From an uncultured Lentisphaerales bacterium (GTDB taxonomy: Bacteria; Verrucomicrobiota; Lentisphaeria; JABSQK01; UBA12247), in the NCBI GenBank assembly GCA_943788985.1, contig CALSSJ010000029.1, forward strand, positions 1-56,855: a stretch of DNA of 56,855 nucleotides, in the 5' to 3' direction. Below, piece after piece: positions 29,938 to 40,387 of this stretch (positions within the stretch are counted from its first letter, which is position 1; every line of letters begins with the position of its first letter). Under the pieces are notes generated by a model, which saw nothing but the letters and a program-made list of their open reading frames with translations, made no database searches and was not told where the DNA came from. The translations under genes were made by a program, and so were the position numbers.

Positions 29938-30489
29938 CTAACCGATGTAGCAATCACAGGGGAGGGTGACATCGGATTCCCCTGCAGCGAGGACCTCCAA
30001 AGGAACGATGAGGCGATCCACGGTCTCCTCGGCCTCTTGCCGTACCTCGGCTGATACTCCATGACCAAGGACGCAGATCAAGTGACCGGCGGCTGTTCCG
30101 TCACAGATTCGCACCAATATGGGGCGCCCGGAAAGGCGAATGATAGCGCGCGGTAGCTGGGTGATTTCTGCAGGGCTGGTGCAATCGGGCCCCCCGCCCA
30201 AGACTAACAGCGCCTGGGCGTTGTTAGCAAGGTCGAGCAACCACCGGAGTGGGTCGCCGCGAGGGGTCGTGATGTACGCGGGTTCGATGCGCCGACATAG
30301 CGTTTGACGCTGCGTCTCCAGACGATCGTGCGAGGTTACGGGGCCGTCTGGGGAATGCCAAGCTGGATCTACGTGAAGGAGCCCGAGCTCACAGTTCAGG
30401 AGCCGCGCCGTCTCCGCCGCGTGTTGTGCGACGACGTCTGCTTCGCTGCCGAAATTTACGGCCGCCCAGACTTGTCGGAGATTCTTCAC
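29938..30489 (-). CDS. Universal stress protein-like
   Basis: VWAAVNFG, LLHV, GDP, LLVLGG, PILV; coupled to the upstream usp (ATGA). Confidence 0.65.
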   Translation of the reverse strand: MKNLRQVWAAVNFGSEADVVAQHAAETARLLNCELGLLHVDPAWHSPDGPVTSHDRLETQRQTLCRRIEPAYITTPRGDPLRWLLDLANNAQALLVLGGGPDCTSPAEITQLPRAIIRLSGRPILVRICDGTAAGHLICVLGHGVSAEVRQEAEETVDRLIVPLEVLAAGESDVTLPCDCYIG

Positions 30490-31376
30490 TTTGTGTCACC
30501 TGAGTCTGAAAACAGGCATTCTTCGCCGATCACCAGAATGGTGCACGGCACATCGCGGACGATCCGAGTAGTCACATTCCCGAGGATTCGGTGGACAAAT
30601 CCACCAGCCCCATGGCTGCCAACGACAAGCAGGTCCGGCTTGGAGCTTTCGCAGGCCGCGAGGATCTCCGCGACTGGGGCTCCCGAGCGCACCGAGATGC
30701 TGGTCTCGACGAGGGGAGGCACGTACTCGCGGACAAACTTGCGCAAGCGCTCGGTGTCGGGCTGCGTGCAGGGTGAGCTTGCTGGATATGCCTGATATGA
30801 GTAGAGATCTGCGTGGGCCAGGGAGCTGGTCTCGATATGCACGGCTTCGAGCTGGGCACCAAGCCGCTTTGCCAGCTCGCCGGCATTGGCCAAGGCTCGC
30901 CGGGAATGATCGGAGTAATCCACGGCGCAGAGAATCTTGCTGATGCTGTGGGAATCTTTCGGGTGATAGAGGAACACCGGACGGACCGCTGACTGCACGA
31001 TCTTCTCGGCGGTTACGCCAACGACGACACGCTCGATGGTGGGCTTGTAGGCCGCACCGATGACAACGGCTAAGGTGTCAGTCTTCTTTGCGACTTCGAG
31101 CAGCACGTGATGCGGCTTGCCAATGCGCGGCGGCAACGCCGTGGCCGGACAATCGGAAACGAGGGAAGCAAGTCGCTCCAGTTCTGCCGCATTCTCTTTG
31201 AGCATTTGCTCTTCTGCCAGAGGTCCGGCTGAGTGAATGGCATAGGGGAGTGACTCCATAACGTGGCACAACTGAAGCCGGCAGTCGAGTTTCTTTGCCA
31301 AATCAGCTGCAAAGCCGATCGTGGCCTCCGTGGTATCCCCGTAATCCGCGCCGACGAGCAGTGAGTGTGATTTCAT
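30486..31376 (-). CDS. Tandem-domain universal stress protein
   Basis: LLVGADY...GVTAEKIV and ILCAVDYSDHS...GAP...DLLVVGSHG...LGNVTTRIVRDVPC. Confidence 0.92.
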   Translation of the reverse strand: MKSHSLLVGADYGDTTEATIGFAADLAKKLDCRLQLCHVMESLPYAIHSAGPLAEEQMLKENAAELERLASLVSDCPATALPPRIGKPHHVLLEVAKKTDTLAVVIGAAYKPTIERVVVGVTAEKIVQSAVRPVFLYHPKDSHSISKILCAVDYSDHSRRALANAGELAKRLGAQLEAVHIETSSLAHADLYSYQAYPASSPCTQPDTERLRKFVREYVPPLVETSISVRSGAPVAEILAACESSKPDLLVVGSHGAGGFVHRILGNVTTRIVRDVPCTILVIGEECLFSDSGDTK

Positions 31377-31413
31377 GGTAAAGCCTCTCTTTTAAGTTTC
31401 GTAAGAACATGGT

Positions 31414-31430
31414 AGCACGGCTCGTGCCAA
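31414..31430 (-). promoter_or_regulatory. Sigma54 (-24/-12) promoter for the usp genes
   Basis: Minus strand TTGGCACGAGCCGTGCT = GG-N10-GC, about 38 nt before the usp ATG, divergent from a GAFTGA activator. Confidence 0.75.
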
Positions 31431-31465
31431 CACAGCGGTAGACTCGAAGGCACTTGGAAAGCAGT

Positions 31466-31507
31466 CCGATACCGGCAAACACGGCAACATCGGATTCCGC
31501 ATTCGGA
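31466..31507. promoter_or_regulatory. Candidate enhancer (UAS) sites for the NtrC-family activator
   Basis: CCG-N4-CGG at 31466-31475 and TCCG-N4-CGGA at 31496-31507, 31 bp apart. Confidence 0.4.
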
Positions 31508-31623
31508 TAGCAACGCGGGCAAAGCAGCGTTATGGTCCTGAACGGCCGGTGGGGAAATTCCCAGCTCGCAATAGGCCAGTAAATCTGCGTGCTGCGAGTA
31601 TACAATTTGACCAACAGGTGATC

Positions 31624-32982
31624 ATGGATTCAGAGTTTACGATTCTGGTTGTTGACGATGACGAAGCGGTCCGCGACAGTCTGAGCGGGTACTTGGAAGC
31701 AGAAGGGTGGACCGTAAAGCAGGCAGCCAGTGGCCCCGAGGCATTGGAAGTGGTGCGCACTGCTGCGATCGACGCCGTAATCTCAGACATTCGCATGCCG
31801 GGGATGGACGGTATCACGCTGCTGAAGAAGCTGAAGGAACTGCACTCCGATGTGGAGGTGCTAATTACCACGGGACACAGCAGCGAAGATACCGCGATCT
31901 CCGCCCTGAAGGCCGGGGCATTTGACTACTTTCGCAAGCCACTGGAGGGGCAGAAGATTTCCGCTTCTCTGCGGCGGACCAAGCGCCTCTGTGAGTTGAA
32001 GCAGGAGAATCATCGCCTCTCTGCATTGGTTGAACGACTGAATAAGGGAACAGACCGGTGCGCATTTGTGGGTGACTCACCTGCGGCAAAGCGCCTTCTG
32101 GGTATGATCGAGAAAGTCTCGGCATCGCCGCACTCAACCGTATTGGTGACGGGAGAGAGTGGGACCGGCAAAGAGATTGCGGCTCGCTTGATTCATTACC
32201 TTACTAACGGCGGAGAGGGACCATTCATGGCCCTGAACTGCGGGGGGGTCGCCGAGACTTTGCTAGAATCCGAGCTGTTCGGGCATGAGCGAGGCGCCTT
32301 CACGGGCGCGGACAAGCGCTCCCCAGGCATCTTCGAAATGGCCATTGGCGGCACGGTATTTCTGGATGAGATCGGCGAACTCAGCATGGCAGCACAGACT
32401 CGGTTGCTGCGTGTGCTCGAAGAGCGCACCGTACGGCGATTGGGCGGACAACGCGAGGTCTCGGTGGCAAACACCCGCGTGATCAGCGCGACGAATCGAA
32501 ACCTGGCTGACTGCGTGGAGCAGGGGACGTTTCGTGAAGATCTCTACTATCGCATCCAAGTAGCCCCCATTCTCGTCCCGCCGTTGCGCGAGCGCAGGCA
32601 GGATATCATTCCGCTTGCCCTGCACTTTCTGCAACAGCTGGGACAGCGCATCGGCCGTACTTGGTCACTCAGTGAATCTGCCCATCAGGCATTGATACAG
32701 GCTGAGTTCAAGGGAAACATTCGCGATCTCCGAAACATGATCGAACGCGGCGTAATTTTCGCCGACAATGACGTCATTGAACCGCGGGATCTAGGCCTGA
32801 TGATTCAGGGCGAGACGAGGCTGCCGGATACGGGTTCCTACAACCTACGCGACCACGAGGTCATGTTGCTTCAAGCCGCGTTGAAGGAACACCCGGGCAA
32901 TCATTCCGCGGCTTCCCGCGCGCTCGGCATATCGCCCCAGGCACTCTACCGAAAAATCGAGAAGTTCGGGCTTACGATGTAG
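31624..32982 (+). CDS. Sigma54-dependent response regulator (NtrC/AtoC family)
   Basis: ILVVDDD, SDIRMPGMDG, GESGTGKE, ESELFGHERGAFTGA, FLDEIGE, FREDLYYR, Fis-type HTH. Confidence 0.95.
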   Translation: MDSEFTILVVDDDEAVRDSLSGYLEAEGWTVKQAASGPEALEVVRTAAIDAVISDIRMPGMDGITLLKKLKELHSDVEVLITTGHSSEDTAISALKAGAFDYFRKPLEGQKISASLRRTKRLCELKQENHRLSALVERLNKGTDRCAFVGDSPAAKRLLGMIEKVSASPHSTVLVTGESGTGKEIAARLIHYLTNGGEGPFMALNCGGVAETLLESELFGHERGAFTGADKRSPGIFEMAIGGTVFLDEIGELSMAAQTRLLRVLEERTVRRLGGQREVSVANTRVISATNRNLADCVEQGTFREDLYYRIQVAPILVPPLRERRQDIIPLALHFLQQLGQRIGRTWSLSESAHQALIQAEFKGNIRDLRNMIERGVIFADNDVIEPRDLGLMIQGETRLPDTGSYNLRDHEVMLLQAALKEHPGNHSAASRALGISPQALYRKIEKFGLTM

Positions 32983-33501
32983 GGGGAGGGTCGTTGGTTT
33001 CGCTGGAAACATCCTCGAAACAGACTGGGAAGCGGGCACAATCGGTGTCCTGTGGTCAGCTGGCAGGGCACTGTGCCCAAGCCTTCACGCCGTCTCCAAT
33101 CAACTAACAGTAGACACAAGCCCATCGATGACAATCGCTCGGAATCCAGCCCCATGGGATTCGCCGAATCACTCTCAGCATCAGTCGCAGTCGTATGCCA
33201 TAGATTTGCCAAGACACGGCCCAGAGTCACAACTCTCTCGGCCATCTGCCACTTCATTGACGGCGCGCTTGCCTCAGGAAACGAGCACTTCCTAAAAACC
33301 TAAAGACCCTTCGATTTTCAGCAAGGCTCGACCAGTGATCTCAGCGTTGCTATCCAAATAGGTGTGGCCGATCGGACCTCTCACCAACGTAAGCCAGCCA
33401 TCAGTGCACTTGCCTGGGAATTGATCGCCGAAGACAGCCCGTGCTGGCGCGTGGGACTGGGCGAAGGCAAAAAGATGGTCGGAACTGAATGAAAGGACAA
33501 G

Positions 33502-33867
33502 GTGCGGCAGATCGTCTACCTGATCCCGTTTGTACACAGCGGCGCGGGCCGCCCGGCTCTGCTGGTCGGACGCGGCGTAAACTACTCGACAGAAGAGAAG
33601 ACTGTCAAAGTCCTGAATTATGCGCCGAAGTATGCTCATTATGAATCGTACCGCGTCCAGTATATGGCGGAGCTGTTGCCCGAGGAACCGGTGCAAGAAG
33701 ATGTGTACCGCCTCGTACTGGCGGCAGCTACGCATCCCTCCGAGCATTTGTCCGATCTCGCTGTTCGGGAAACGAATGTGGCGGACCCGTATTTTGCCAC
33801 CAGTGGCACCAAGCTTAGCGAATACTTGCTCAATCCAGACGGCATGATCAGCGAGATTTGCGTCTAG
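33502..33867 (+). CDS. Hypothetical protein, possibly the 3' part of a longer interrupted frame starting at 33052
   Basis: The same frame is open 33052-33867 apart from TAA at 33301 and TGA at 33490. Confidence 0.35.
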   Translation: MRQIVYLIPFVHSGAGRPALLVGRGVNYSTEEKTVKVLNYAPKYAHYESYRVQYMAELLPEEPVQEDVYRLVLAAATHPSEHLSDLAVRETNVADPYFATSGTKLSEYLLNPDGMISEICV

Positions 33868-33969
33868 GCAAGCTGACGGCACGAGTATCCGCCGAATGCG
33901 AAGTGAGACGACAGGACGCAGCCTGATATGGTAGGCGTTTTTTCCGATCCAAGGCAGGAGACCGCCCCC

Positions 33970-34956
33970 ATGCTCGACCAACTTCGAGCCCTGCAAGCGA
34001 CATTCCAGGATGCGTCTGAAGCTGCAACCTCTCTCGAACAGCTTGAACAGCTCCGTACTGACTTTCTCGGGCGCAAGGGCAAGCTCACCGCACTCCTCAA
34101 GGGGTTGAAGGACGTCGCGCCAGCAGAGCGCGGAATAATCGGCAAAGCTGCAAACCTGATCAAGACTGAGATCGGGCAAGCCCTCGACGCAGCTCAGGAA
34201 AAACTGGATCAGGCGGCTCTGGAAGCCAGGCTCGCCTCAGAATGGCTGGACGTAACGCTACCTGCGGCCCCGTCGCGGATAGGCGGTCTGCACCCCGTAT
34301 CTCGGATCCAGTATGAGATCGAGGATATCTTCAAAGGGATGGGCTTTTCCGTGCTTGACGGGCCACACGTCGAATTGGATTACTACAACTTCGAGGCGCT
34401 CAACATCCCGCAAGATCATCCCGCGCGGGACATGCAGGACACCTTCTATTTTGATAACGGCGCAATCCTACGCACCCACACCAGCGCCATTCAGGTACGC
34501 GGTATGGAGCACATCAAACCACCCTTTCGCATCATCGGTCCTGGTAAAGTCTTTCGCGTCGAGCGCCCGGACTGGTGCCATGAAATAGCCTTCCACCAAC
34601 TCGAAGGCATGGTCGTAGGGCGCAACATCACCGTAGCCCATTTGATCGATTGCATGAAAACCCTGCTGCGCGAAGTCTTTCAAGAAGATGTAAACGTACG
34701 GCTGCGCCCCGGCTATTTTCCGTTTGTGGAGCCCGGCTTTGAGCTTGACATCGCCCGCGGTGATTCGTGGCTGGAGCTGATGCCCTGCGGGCTGATTCAT
34801 CCAAGCGTCCTTCGCGCTGGAGGGATTGATCCAGAGGAGTGGTCCGGGTTTGCCTTCGGGCTTGGCCTTGACCGCCTAGTAATGATGCGCTACGGGGTTG
34901 AAGACATTCGACACCTGCATAGCGGCGACCTGCGTTTTAGCAGCCAGTTTGTTTAG
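33970..34956 (+). CDS. pheS: Phenylalanyl-tRNA synthetase alpha subunit
   Basis: GGLHP, NFEALNIPQDHPARDMQDTF, LRTHTS, FHQLEG, FPFVEP, GFAFGLGLDR; RBS CAGGAG. Confidence 0.97.
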   Translation: MLDQLRALQATFQDASEAATSLEQLEQLRTDFLGRKGKLTALLKGLKDVAPAERGIIGKAANLIKTEIGQALDAAQEKLDQAALEARLASEWLDVTLPAAPSRIGGLHPVSRIQYEIEDIFKGMGFSVLDGPHVELDYYNFEALNIPQDHPARDMQDTFYFDNGAILRTHTSAIQVRGMEHIKPPFRIIGPGKVFRVERPDWCHEIAFHQLEGMVVGRNITVAHLIDCMKTLLREVFQEDVNVRLRPGYFPFVEPGFELDIARGDSWLELMPCGLIHPSVLRAGGIDPEEWSGFAFGLGLDRLVMMRYGVEDIRHLHSGDLRFSSQFV

Positions 34957-34971
34957 GAAGGGCGAACAATT

Positions 34972-37398
34972 ATGAAACTCTCTCTTTCCTGGATTCAGGA
35001 CCATGTGGATTACCACCTCGACCGCCCCGCAGAAGAGCTTGCGGACCTAATCTCACTGCGCGTGGCAGAAGTCGAGGGCGTCGAACGCCTCGGTGAGGCA
35101 CTGCAGCAAGTGCGCGTGGTAGAAATTCTCGCGACCGAGCCACATCCTGATGCGGACAAGCTTCGCATCGCGACTGTCACAGACGGCGAAGGCGAAACGC
35201 AACGTATTGTCTGCGGTGCAACCAATTGCCGGCCAGGAATTCGCGTGCCATTTGCGGACCTGGGCGCTGTTCTGCCCACGGTCGATAAGGACGGAAATGT
35301 CTCCACCTTCACGATTAAGCGCGCGAAGATTCGCGGCGTTGAAAGCACGGGAATGCTCTGCGCCGCGGACGAGCTTGGCGTGCCGGGCGGGCATGACGGC
35401 CTCCTCGAGTTGCCGCTCGACGCCCCCGTTGGCACCTGCTTGGCAGAGATAGAGCCTTTCAAATCAGCGGCTGACCTGCTATTTGAGATCGACAATAAAT
35501 CACTAACCCATCGCCCGGACCTCTGGGGGCACTACGGCTTTGCCCGAGAGTTTTCCGTGATGTTCGACCTCCCCTTGGCTCCGTACCCACAGGGCGCGGT
35601 GAGCACGGGCCCCAGCAGCTTCTCAATCGTCAACGAAGTGCCCGACCGCTGCTTCCGCTACTCCGGACTCTTGATCGAGAACATCACGGTGAGCCCTTCC
35701 CCCGACTGGCTACAGCAGCGCTTGCTCTCGGCCGGCGTGAATGCAATCAACAATATAGTAGATATCACGAACTTCATCCTGCTTGAGCTTGGCCAGCCGA
35801 TGCACGCCTTCGATGCCGACAAGCTTTCTGGCACGACGATCGGTATCCGGGCCGCGACCGACGGCGAGAAATTTATCGCTCTGGATGGCCAAACCTACCC
35901 TTTGTCGGCTGCTGACCTAGTGATCGATGACAACGGTCGTGCTGTTGCACTGGCTGGCGTCATGGGCGGCTTGGATACTGGTGTCGAAGCCGGTTGCACC
36001 AGAGTCTTTTTCGAATCGGCGACTTTCGCCGCTAGCTCTGTGCGCCGTACTGCCGGCCGGCTCGACCTGCGTTCCGAGTCCAGCGCGCGCTTCGAAAAGT
36101 CACTGGATCCGGAGCATACCACCATGGCCCTGCGCCGCGCTTGGCAGCTGGTGCAGGAGATCTGTCCAGATGCGCGCCTGGCAGGTGAGATTGTGGATGA
36201 CTTCCCAACGCCCTATCCCGAAATCACGATCCAGACCTCACATGCATTCCTGCGCGATCGCCTAGGCACAGACGAGGTCACTGACGCGTTCATCGACCGC
36301 ATCCTGGCGGGCCTCGGCTTCACGCTGGGTGGTGATCTGGCGCTGGATGTGCCGTCGTGGCGTCGCACCAAGGACGTCTCGCTCGCTGAGGACATCGTCG
36401 AGGAAGTGGGACGGCATTTTGGCTACGACAACATCACGCCGTGTGCGCCGCAGTTTGACCTGCAGGTTCCGGCGGAGAATCCCGCCCGCCAGTTCGAGCG
36501 TGGCGTGAAGGCACTGCTCACTGAGGGCTACGGCTGCACAGAGATCATGATGTACCCAATGGTCGGGCCCAAACTGCTCGGTCGCGTCGGCTTGGACCCA
36601 ACGACGCCGCTCAAGCTTACCAATCCGGTCAGCGAATTCGAGCAGATGATGCGGCCGGAAAGCGTGCCCCAGCTGCTGCAGGCGATTGCGGAGAACGCAA
36701 AACACTTCCCCCAGTTTCGTCTCTTCGAGTACGGCCGCGTCTATGACACCAGTGAGATGAAGGGCCTGCTCCCCACGGAGCGCACGCGGATTACTGGTAC
36801 CTTCGTCCCGGCTTTCGAGCGCGACAGCCTCCAGCAGGAGACCTTCTTCCAAGGCAAGGCTCTTATTCAGGACATCTTGCGTCTTGCCGGGGTCGATAAC
36901 GCCAAGACCATGCCGCTCACGGACTCAGAAGCGGCCTGGATTCATCCCAACATTCATTGCGGCTTCTACCGCGGCAGGATGCTGTTGGCCTCTCTGTTCA
37001 AGCTTCATCCGAGCTGCGCAGACGAGTTTGGAGTCTCCCATAATGCCTACATCTTCGAGGTCTACGCGGACAGGCTGGAGACGCTTACGCGCAATCTCAA
37101 GTATCAGCCCATCTCCAAGTTCCCGACAGTGCGCTTCGAAGTCACCGTGGTGGTCGCGGCGCAGACCCTGAGTGGCGATATTGAAGCAGCAATCGGTCGT
37201 GCGGCCAAGCGGCAGCTCCGCTCGCTCGAGGTCCTCACAATCTACGAGGGTGACCCAATCCCAACCGGGAAGAAGGCAATTTCGTATCGGATGGAATTCG
37301 CCGCCAGCGATCGCACCCTCAGTCATGACGAAGCGGAGTCGGTGCAGAATAAAGTGGTCGCCGCGCTCGAAAAAGCTGGCTATCCGCTCAAGCAGTAG
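34972..37398 (+). CDS. pheT: Phenylalanyl-tRNA synthetase beta subunit
   Basis: HPDADKL, IVCGA, IRGVESTGMLC, HRPDL, NNIVDITN, GQPMHAFD, DIVEEVGR, C-terminal anticodon-binding domain. Confidence 0.97.
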   Translation: MKLSLSWIQDHVDYHLDRPAEELADLISLRVAEVEGVERLGEALQQVRVVEILATEPHPDADKLRIATVTDGEGETQRIVCGATNCRPGIRVPFADLGAVLPTVDKDGNVSTFTIKRAKIRGVESTGMLCAADELGVPGGHDGLLELPLDAPVGTCLAEIEPFKSAADLLFEIDNKSLTHRPDLWGHYGFAREFSVMFDLPLAPYPQGAVSTGPSSFSIVNEVPDRCFRYSGLLIENITVSPSPDWLQQRLLSAGVNAINNIVDITNFILLELGQPMHAFDADKLSGTTIGIRAATDGEKFIALDGQTYPLSAADLVIDDNGRAVALAGVMGGLDTGVEAGCTRVFFESATFAASSVRRTAGRLDLRSESSARFEKSLDPEHTTMALRRAWQLVQEICPDARLAGEIVDDFPTPYPEITIQTSHAFLRDRLGTDEVTDAFIDRILAGLGFTLGGDLALDVPSWRRTKDVSLAEDIVEEVGRHFGYDNITPCAPQFDLQVPAENPARQFERGVKALLTEGYGCTEIMMYPMVGPKLLGRVGLDPTTPLKLTNPVSEFEQMMRPESVPQLLQAIAENAKHFPQFRLFEYGRVYDTSEMKGLLPTERTRITGTFVPAFERDSLQQETFFQGKALIQDILRLAGVDNAKTMPLTDSEAAWIHPNIHCGFYRGRMLLASLFKLHPSCADEFGVSHNAYIFEVYADRLETLTRNLKYQPISKFPTVRFEVTVVVAAQTLSGDIEAAIGRAAKRQLRSLEVLTIYEGDPIPTGKKAISYRMEFAASDRTLSHDEAESVQNKVVAALEKAGYPLKQ

Positions 37399-38355
37399 CC
37401 TGCTTGGTACGATATCTGTGGAAATCTCGCCAGCTGCTTGGCCGCCAGGCTAGCGAGATCTACCTCCCCAAGCCGAGAAGCATCGAGTCTTGGACAGCGT
37501 TCCGCCAACAACTCGCCAAAGCTGACGCCTTCGGTGGCGAGGGCGGCTCGGCGCCAGTAGTAGGCCACGTCCGCCTCATACTTAGGCAACCAGAAGGTAC
37601 GGCTTCCGGCCTCGTAGGTCGTGCAGCGCTCCGGCGGATAGGCCGGTGATTTGTACTGAGACTCGATGAATTCCGAAGCCAGCTTTCCACTGCGCAGCAG
37701 ATCCGTTTCAGTCTCCTTGATGCGCAACGGCGTCTCGACCCCAGCCACATCGAAGCAGCCCTCTAGATAGACCAGCGTAGCCCCCTGATAGTCACGGAGT
37801 CGTGCCTGGCAACGCGCATGAAAACCGTCAAGGATTTCTCCCGCACGAGCGCTCCCAATGCTGCCAAAGAACAATTACTCAATGATTCGGCCCTGCGCCT
37901 CCACGTAGGTGAGCAGGCTGCCAAGCGCAAAGTCCAGACTCGTTCCTGTCGCCACCACGTCCCCGAAGATGATCGCCGCCTGATTCTGCAGGTAGACCTT
38001 GGCGTAGTCACGCTCAGTGATGTGCCAAGCTTCCTCGTTATCTGCCTGCCGGGCCCGCTGGGCGCTGACGAATGCAGAAGCATGGCGATTCCAGCCCTTG
38101 GCATCGGCCCAAGGGTCACGCAGGCCAAAATTCAGTCCGCCACGAAGGATGTGCAGCACCACTGCCTACTGCTCATGATTCGGCAAGCCGCTGTCGACTG
38201 GGCGAAATACACTCGCACTAGCAGCGCGCAGCGTCCCCGTATATGAAACTCGACGCGAAACGAATGATTGCAGATCTCGCGGGTCTGCGGCGTGCTTGCG
38301 ACGTATCGGCGAGTTGATAGAGCCCGAGCTCGTTATTTCGAAAGTTGAGTTGCAT
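37380..38355 (-). pseudogene. Type I phosphoribosyltransferase-like gene (UPRTase-like), interrupted
   Basis: ILRGGLNFGL and IIFGDVVATGTS (PRPP loop); in-frame TAG at 38166 and TAA at 37875, plus 5' frameshifts. Confidence 0.7.
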
Positions 38356-38544
38356 GCTGTCTCCAGTGCTTCAGACTGTGAAACGGACTTCACGCGGCTT
38401 AACCATAACTTTGTATCGCTCAGGTGCTTACGTTGTGGCGGAATGTGCTATTTGTATGGCTCGAAATGCAGGTGCGAGTCATATCTGGCTCCGACATATG
38501 CGGGACGAACTACAGAACTAACACCCAAACAGGAGGGGTCCAAG

Positions 38545-38751
38545 ATGAGCGCCACCACCACGAAACGCAAGAAACGATTCCCCAAAAAAGAACTTAACGC
38601 CTGGGTCCGCAGCCGTGCTAGCTGGAGTCACGCAGACTGGGAAGCTTTGCTAAGTGATTTGACTAGCCAAGGGTTCGAAGAATGGACCGAGACCGCGGAC
38701 GGCCGCGATGAGATTGGGGCCCATCTCGAAATGAAGCGCGCCAACGCCTGA
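38545..38751 (+). CDS. Small hypothetical protein (68 aa)
   Basis: AGGAGG RBS; MSATTTKRKKRFPKKELNAWVRSRASWSHADWEALL... Confidence 0.7.
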   Translation: MSATTTKRKKRFPKKELNAWVRSRASWSHADWEALLSDLTSQGFEEWTETADGRDEIGAHLEMKRANA

Positions 38752-38854
38752 CGCAAGAAGGGGGCTATGCGTTTGCAGGCTAGTACCTAGATAGCTATCC
38801 CGGGGCCCGCAGCCCGGATTTTCACGGCCCAAGCTTCGGTCCATAGGAGATATA

Positions 38855-40369
38855 ATGAGCGAAAAAAGCGCTCGCATTCTAATCTGCACACCCGAAATTA
38901 CCTACCTTCCGGATGGGATGGGGAACATTAGCAACAAGTTGAAGGCTAAGGCTGGAGGCATGGCAGATGTGACCGCAGCGCTTGTCGGTGCCCTATTCGA
39001 GCAGGGAGCCGACGTGCACGTCGCACTTCCCCACTACCGCCGCATGTTTGGCGTCGAAATCGGAAACCTGATCGACAAGGAACTCGCACGCTATCGCGAA
39101 ATTCTGAGCGAAGACCGCATTCACCTCGCCGAAGACCGCGCGTTTTACTATCGCGATACCGTTTACAGCTACTCTAATTCCGGAGCCAACGACAAACTGG
39201 CCCTAGCATTTCAGCGCGAACTCATCAACAACATCATCCCGCGCGTGAAGCCAGACGTGATTCACGCAAATGACTGGATGACCGGACTAATTCCGGCCTA
39301 CGCCCGTCGACTGGGAATTCCCTCGTTGTTCACCGTCCACAATATCCATACCCATAAAGTATCGCTGGCAGATATCGAAGACGCAGGTATAGACGCGGCC
39401 ATGTTCTGGAACCTGCTCTATTTCGACCGACCGCCCGCACACTACGAAGAGACGCGCGAAACCAATATGGTGGACCTGCTCTGCAGCGGAATTTTTGCGT
39501 CTCACTTCATCAACTCCGTCAGCCCGACCTTTCTCGAGGAAGTGGTCGAAGGCCGGCACGACTTTGTGCCCGGAAATATCGCCCACGAATTGTGGAACAA
39601 GTCGTCTAATGGCGTTGGCTGCGGCATTCTGAATGCACCTGATGAAGAACACAACCCGTCGACCGACGACAGCCTGCACACGACCTACAACACGACGACC
39701 GTGGTGGAAGGAAAACGCGAAAACAAGGTCGCCCTACAGCGTGAGCTGAAGCTGACTGAGGACCCGGACGCGCCGCTTTTCTTCTGGCCATCCCGCTTGG
39801 ACCCGGTCCAAAAAGGCTGCCAGTTGGTCACTGACATCCTGTTTCACATGGTCTCAAAATACGCGGATTCTGGCCTGCAGGTTGCGGTCATCGCAAATGG
39901 CCCGCACCAAGAACACTTTCACAATGTCGTACACCACCATGACCTCGCCTCACGCGTAGCTGTAGTTGATTTCGATGAACGACTCAGCCATCTTGGCTAC
40001 GGTGCCGCGGACTTCGTCCTCATGCCGTCGCTATTCGAGCCTTGCGGGCTGCCTCAGATGATTGGCTGCCTCTACGGATCGCTTCCGATCGCACATGACA
40101 CAGGAGGCCTGCATGACACCGTGCAGCACCTGCATGCGAATCAGGGCAACGGCTTTGTCTTCGAGGATTTCGGCAGCGATGGCCTGATGTGGGCTGTGGA
40201 CCAGGCAATGGCGTTCTACAGCCAGACTCCCAAGAAGCGGGAGCGCGAGGTCCAGCGCATCATGAAGGAAGCACAGGCGCGTTTCACGCATGCGGAATGC
40301 GCAAAGAAATACGTCGAACTCTACCAGAAAATGACCGAGCGGCCAGTATTGCCTAACGTCGCGACCTAA
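38855..40369 (+). CDS. glgA: Glycogen synthase (GT5)
   Basis: KAGGMADV, HANDWMTG, TVHN, SRLDPVQKG, MPSLFEPCGLPQM, TGGLHDTV. Confidence 0.94.
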   Translation: MSEKSARILICTPEITYLPDGMGNISNKLKAKAGGMADVTAALVGALFEQGADVHVALPHYRRMFGVEIGNLIDKELARYREILSEDRIHLAEDRAFYYRDTVYSYSNSGANDKLALAFQRELINNIIPRVKPDVIHANDWMTGLIPAYARRLGIPSLFTVHNIHTHKVSLADIEDAGIDAAMFWNLLYFDRPPAHYEETRETNMVDLLCSGIFASHFINSVSPTFLEEVVEGRHDFVPGNIAHELWNKSSNGVGCGILNAPDEEHNPSTDDSLHTTYNTTTVVEGKRENKVALQRELKLTEDPDAPLFFWPSRLDPVQKGCQLVTDILFHMVSKYADSGLQVAVIANGPHQEHFHNVVHHHDLASRVAVVDFDERLSHLGYGAADFVLMPSLFEPCGLPQMIGCLYGSLPIAHDTGGLHDTVQHLHANQGNGFVFEDFGSDGLMWAVDQAMAFYSQTPKKREREVQRIMKEAQARFTHAECAKKYVELYQKMTERPVLPNVAT

Positions 40370-40387
40370 GCCGCGGAGTACGCAAAC

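Noticed and set aside
33292..34179. 295-aa minus-strand ORF
   Set aside because: Antisense to pheS and to the plus-strand ORF, with no motifs; typical high-GC shadow ORF.
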